From the NCBI GenBank assembly GCA_016777225.1, contig JADHRW010000005.1, positions 11,857-75,856 of the forward strand: a DNA stretch of 64,000 nucleotides, written 5' to 3'. Of the stretch, positions 61,599 to 64,000 are shown piece after piece. This DNA comes from Candidatus Thalassarchaeum sp. (GTDB lineage: Archaea > Thermoplasmatota > Poseidoniia > Poseidoniales > Thalassarchaeaceae). The notes under the pieces were generated by a model. That model did no database searches. It was not told the DNA's origin and saw only the letters and a program-made list of their open reading frames with translations. The position numbers and the translations under genes are program-made. Numbering within the stretch: position 1 is the first letter of the stretch; every line of letters begins with the position of its first letter.

Positions 61599-64000
61599 TC
61601 AGATAAAGGCAATTCCTGGCTCTAATGGTGAAGCAACTCTAGCTTTACCAGCTACATCCTCGCCGTCACCTACCTTGTAAGATATGACAGAATCAACAGA
61701 TAGGGCATTTGCGATAAAAATTGCATTATTATTTATTAGATTCGTTTCATCAAATTGGGAAGAAATCAAAGAAATATCATCTTGAGACCAAGTATATATC
61801 TTCCCTCTATTTTTCTTATTTCCTATTGTCAATGATTGCCAAGTTTGGAAAATCTCTCCTCTTAATTTCTCTTCACTAAAAATATCTAAAGATTTGAGGT
61901 AATCAATACCGTTTTTCTTAAAATCAAAATTATTTGAACTTAGATTGATTGCTTCAGATGCAAGAATATTTTTCCAACTTGCAGCAGTTTGTATGACACA
62001 GCTAGAGATAGGAGTATCAGAGTGTCTTTGCGCAAGACCTTTTACATTTCTTGAACTATCTATTAATTTTCTAAGATAATTCTCTTTAGCAAGGTGAGTT
62101 ATGTCTTGTTCATTTATATCTAATTCGTGAATCACAAGTTCACTCACCATTTCTTTACCACCTATTTTAGACCAAAACTCTTCTGCGATATGTGGTGTAG
62201 CAGGTGCAAGCATAGGTATCCAATTAGAAAAGAATGATTTTGCAGTTTTAGCATCACATCCTCCTCTTCGTCGATACCATTGCCAATCAGATAGCATCTC
62301 AAAATGACTAATCATTACGCCTTCACGTAAACTTACATTTTCCATCGCTAATTTCCATTTTAAATGATTGAGGCGCATTCTTGCTAATATCCAATCATCA
62401 ATTATATTAGGGGAATTAATGAAATCATTAGATGTTTCAAAGGCTTCTATAATTGATTGCATTTGTCGAGAATTTGATACAATGGCATTATCTGACCAAT
62501 CCATACCTGCTTCAGGATTTGCACCAAATAAGATAAACAAACGTACTGTATCGGCTCCATATTTATCCACCATAGAACCGGGACTAACCGTATTTCCTAA
62601 TGACTTACTCATCTTAGCCTGTCTAGTTGTAAGTACTGATTGACAGGATGGACAAGTTCCTTCGAAATTATCAATATGATATTCAGTATTACATTCCACA
62701 CAAAAAGGCGCAGGAGCATTCAACATTCCTTGACATACTAACTGTCCGAATGGTTCACCAGTTGTATTCATTCCAAGATCACGTGTTGCTTTAGTGAAGA
62801 ATCTTGCATAAAGAAGATGCATTACAGCATGTTCAATTCCTCCGATATACAGATCTATTCCTCCTTCCATCCAGTAATCTACAATCTCTCGATCAAACGG
62901 CTGGTTCTCATTATTAGAGTCCCCATATCTTAGGAAATACCACGATGAATCATAAAATGTATCCATCGTGTCCGTCTCACGTCGTGCAACATCCCCACAT
63001 TTAGGGCAATTAGTTGAAAGAAACTTTTCACTGGACTCAAGAGGATTTCCACTCTCATCCCAACTAAATTTAACATCTAAGGGAAGTTTGACAGGGAGAT
63101 CTTGGAGTGCAACTGGCACTACACCACAATCATCGCAGTGCAACATGGGTATTGGAGTACCCCAAAATCTCTGACGGCTTAAAAGCCAATCTTTCAATCT
63201 ATATTGAACAGTACCATGACCTGAATTTTCAGATTCTAGGGCTTTGATTACCGCGTTCTTAGCATCTTCTCCAAATAATCCATCAAATTCTTTACGGGAT
63301 GAATTAGCCATATAAGCTAGAGAATCTAATACTGGATTTTCTTCTATCGCCTGCTCACCATCTATACGAGAAAGTACTGGTTTAATCGGAAGATTATACT
63401 TCTTAGCAAAATCATAATCTCGTTGATCATGTCCTGGGACTGCCATTACAGCGCCAGTACCGTAGCTTGCAACTACGAAGTTTCCTGCATATATTGGAAC
63501 TTGTTCGCCGCTAATTGGATTAATTGCAAATTTACCTAAAGGCACGCCTTTCTTTTCTTTCAACATATTAATTCTTTCAAACTCAGACATTTTAGCACAT
63601 TCATCTCGAAGTTCTCTCCAATCATTTTCATATTCTGTTCCAGACACAAGCGGCTCGCAAAGAGGATGTTCGGGAGATAAAGTAACAAATGTCACACCAA
63701 ATATTGTATCGGGTCTAGTAGTGAATGCCCCTATTACAATATCCTCTCCAACAATTGGAAAATTAATATGAGCCCCATTTGAACGCCCTATCCAATTTCG
63801 CTGCATTGCCTTGACATTCTCAGGGAAATTAATATTTTCTAAATCATCAAGTAATTCATCGGCATATTTTGTCATACTAAGGAACCATTGTGCCATATCT
63901 TTCTGAACTACTTCTAAGCCACATCTCCAACAACGATTATTTTTAACTTGCTCATTTGCAAGTACAGTGTCGCAATCATTACACCAATTTACTGGAGCGA
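61599..64000 (-). CDS. leuS: Leucyl-tRNA synthetase, 5' truncated by window edge
   Basis: QWF, MQRNWIGRS, FTTRPDT, GTGAVMAVPGHDQRD, DWLLSRQRFWGTPIP, ETDTMDTF, YIGGIEHAVMHLLYARF, KMSKS. Confidence 0.96.
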   Translation of the reverse strand, partial: APVNWCNDCDTVLANEQVKNNRCWRCGLEVVQKDMAQWFLSMTKYADELLDDLENINFPENVKAMQRNWIGRSNGAHINFPIVGEDIVIGAFTTRPDTIFGVTFVTLSPEHPLCEPLVSGTEYENDWRELRDECAKMSEFERINMLKEKKGVPLGKFAINPISGEQVPIYAGNFVVASYGTGAVMAVPGHDQRDYDFAKKYNLPIKPVLSRIDGEQAIEENPVLDSLAYMANSSRKEFDGLFGEDAKNAVIKALESENSGHGTVQYRLKDWLLSRQRFWGTPIPMLHCDDCGVVPVALQDLPVKLPLDVKFSWDESGNPLESSEKFLSTNCPKCGDVARRETDTMDTFYDSSWYFLRYGDSNNENQPFDREIVDYWMEGGIDLYIGGIEHAVMHLLYARFFTKATRDLGMNTTGEPFGQLVCQGMLNAPAPFCVECNTEYHIDNFEGTCPSCQSVLTTRQAKMSKSLGNTVSPGSMVDKYGADTVRLFILFGANPEAGMDWSDNAIVSNSRQMQSIIEAFETSNDFINSPNIIDDWILARMRLNHLKWKLAMENVSLREGVMISHFEMLSDWQWYRRRGGCDAKTAKSFFSNWIPMLAPATPHIAEEFWSKIGGKEMVSELVIHELDINEQDITHLAKENYLRKLIDSSRNVKGLAQRHSDTPISSCVIQTAASWKNILASEAINLSSNNFDFKKNGIDYLKSLDIFSEEKLRGEIFQTWQSLTIGNKKNRGKIYTWSQDDISLISSQFDETNLINNNAIFIANALSVDSVISYKVGDGEDVAGKARVASPLEPGIAFI

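Overview
AT-rich, gene-dense archaeal chromosome segment. It is most consistent with a marine Thermoplasmatota such as Marine Group II/Poseidoniales; this is inferred from archaeal information genes mixed with many bacterial-type metabolic genes. Information genes: EF-1alpha-uS10, PolB, SRP19, eS8, Sec61beta, FEN1, XerA, uS13-uS4-uS11-Rpo3, a partial bacterial-type LeuRS, and two tRNAs (Ser-UGA, Arg-UCG). Metabolism: an A1-type cytochrome c oxidase operon, RibD, PabB-PabA/PabC, MaeB, PckA, IlvE and pantoate kinase. Several large surface proteins are present. I saw no CRISPR array, rRNA or mobile element. The most striking feature is at 11401-15643. A bacterial Soj/ParA-type ATPase is followed, with no gap, by an EamA/DMT membrane protein rather than parB, and that protein starts with the ParB-type ParA-activating peptide (MSSKGLGRGL..AL). 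Upstream lies a single-pass membrane protein with a cytoplasmic SAP DNA-binding domain. Together these form a candidate membrane-anchored partitioning/positioning system. Other leads: Cox1 fused to an extracellular CxCH/reeler-like domain, a three-hairpin leader before the uS13 operon, a secreted (GQ)36/Ca-repeat protein with a complex upstream region, an iodotyrosine deiodinase, a CDIN1/C15orf41-like nuclease, and a 2861-aa propeller/FN3 surface protein. All family calls come from motif recognition; no database search was run.
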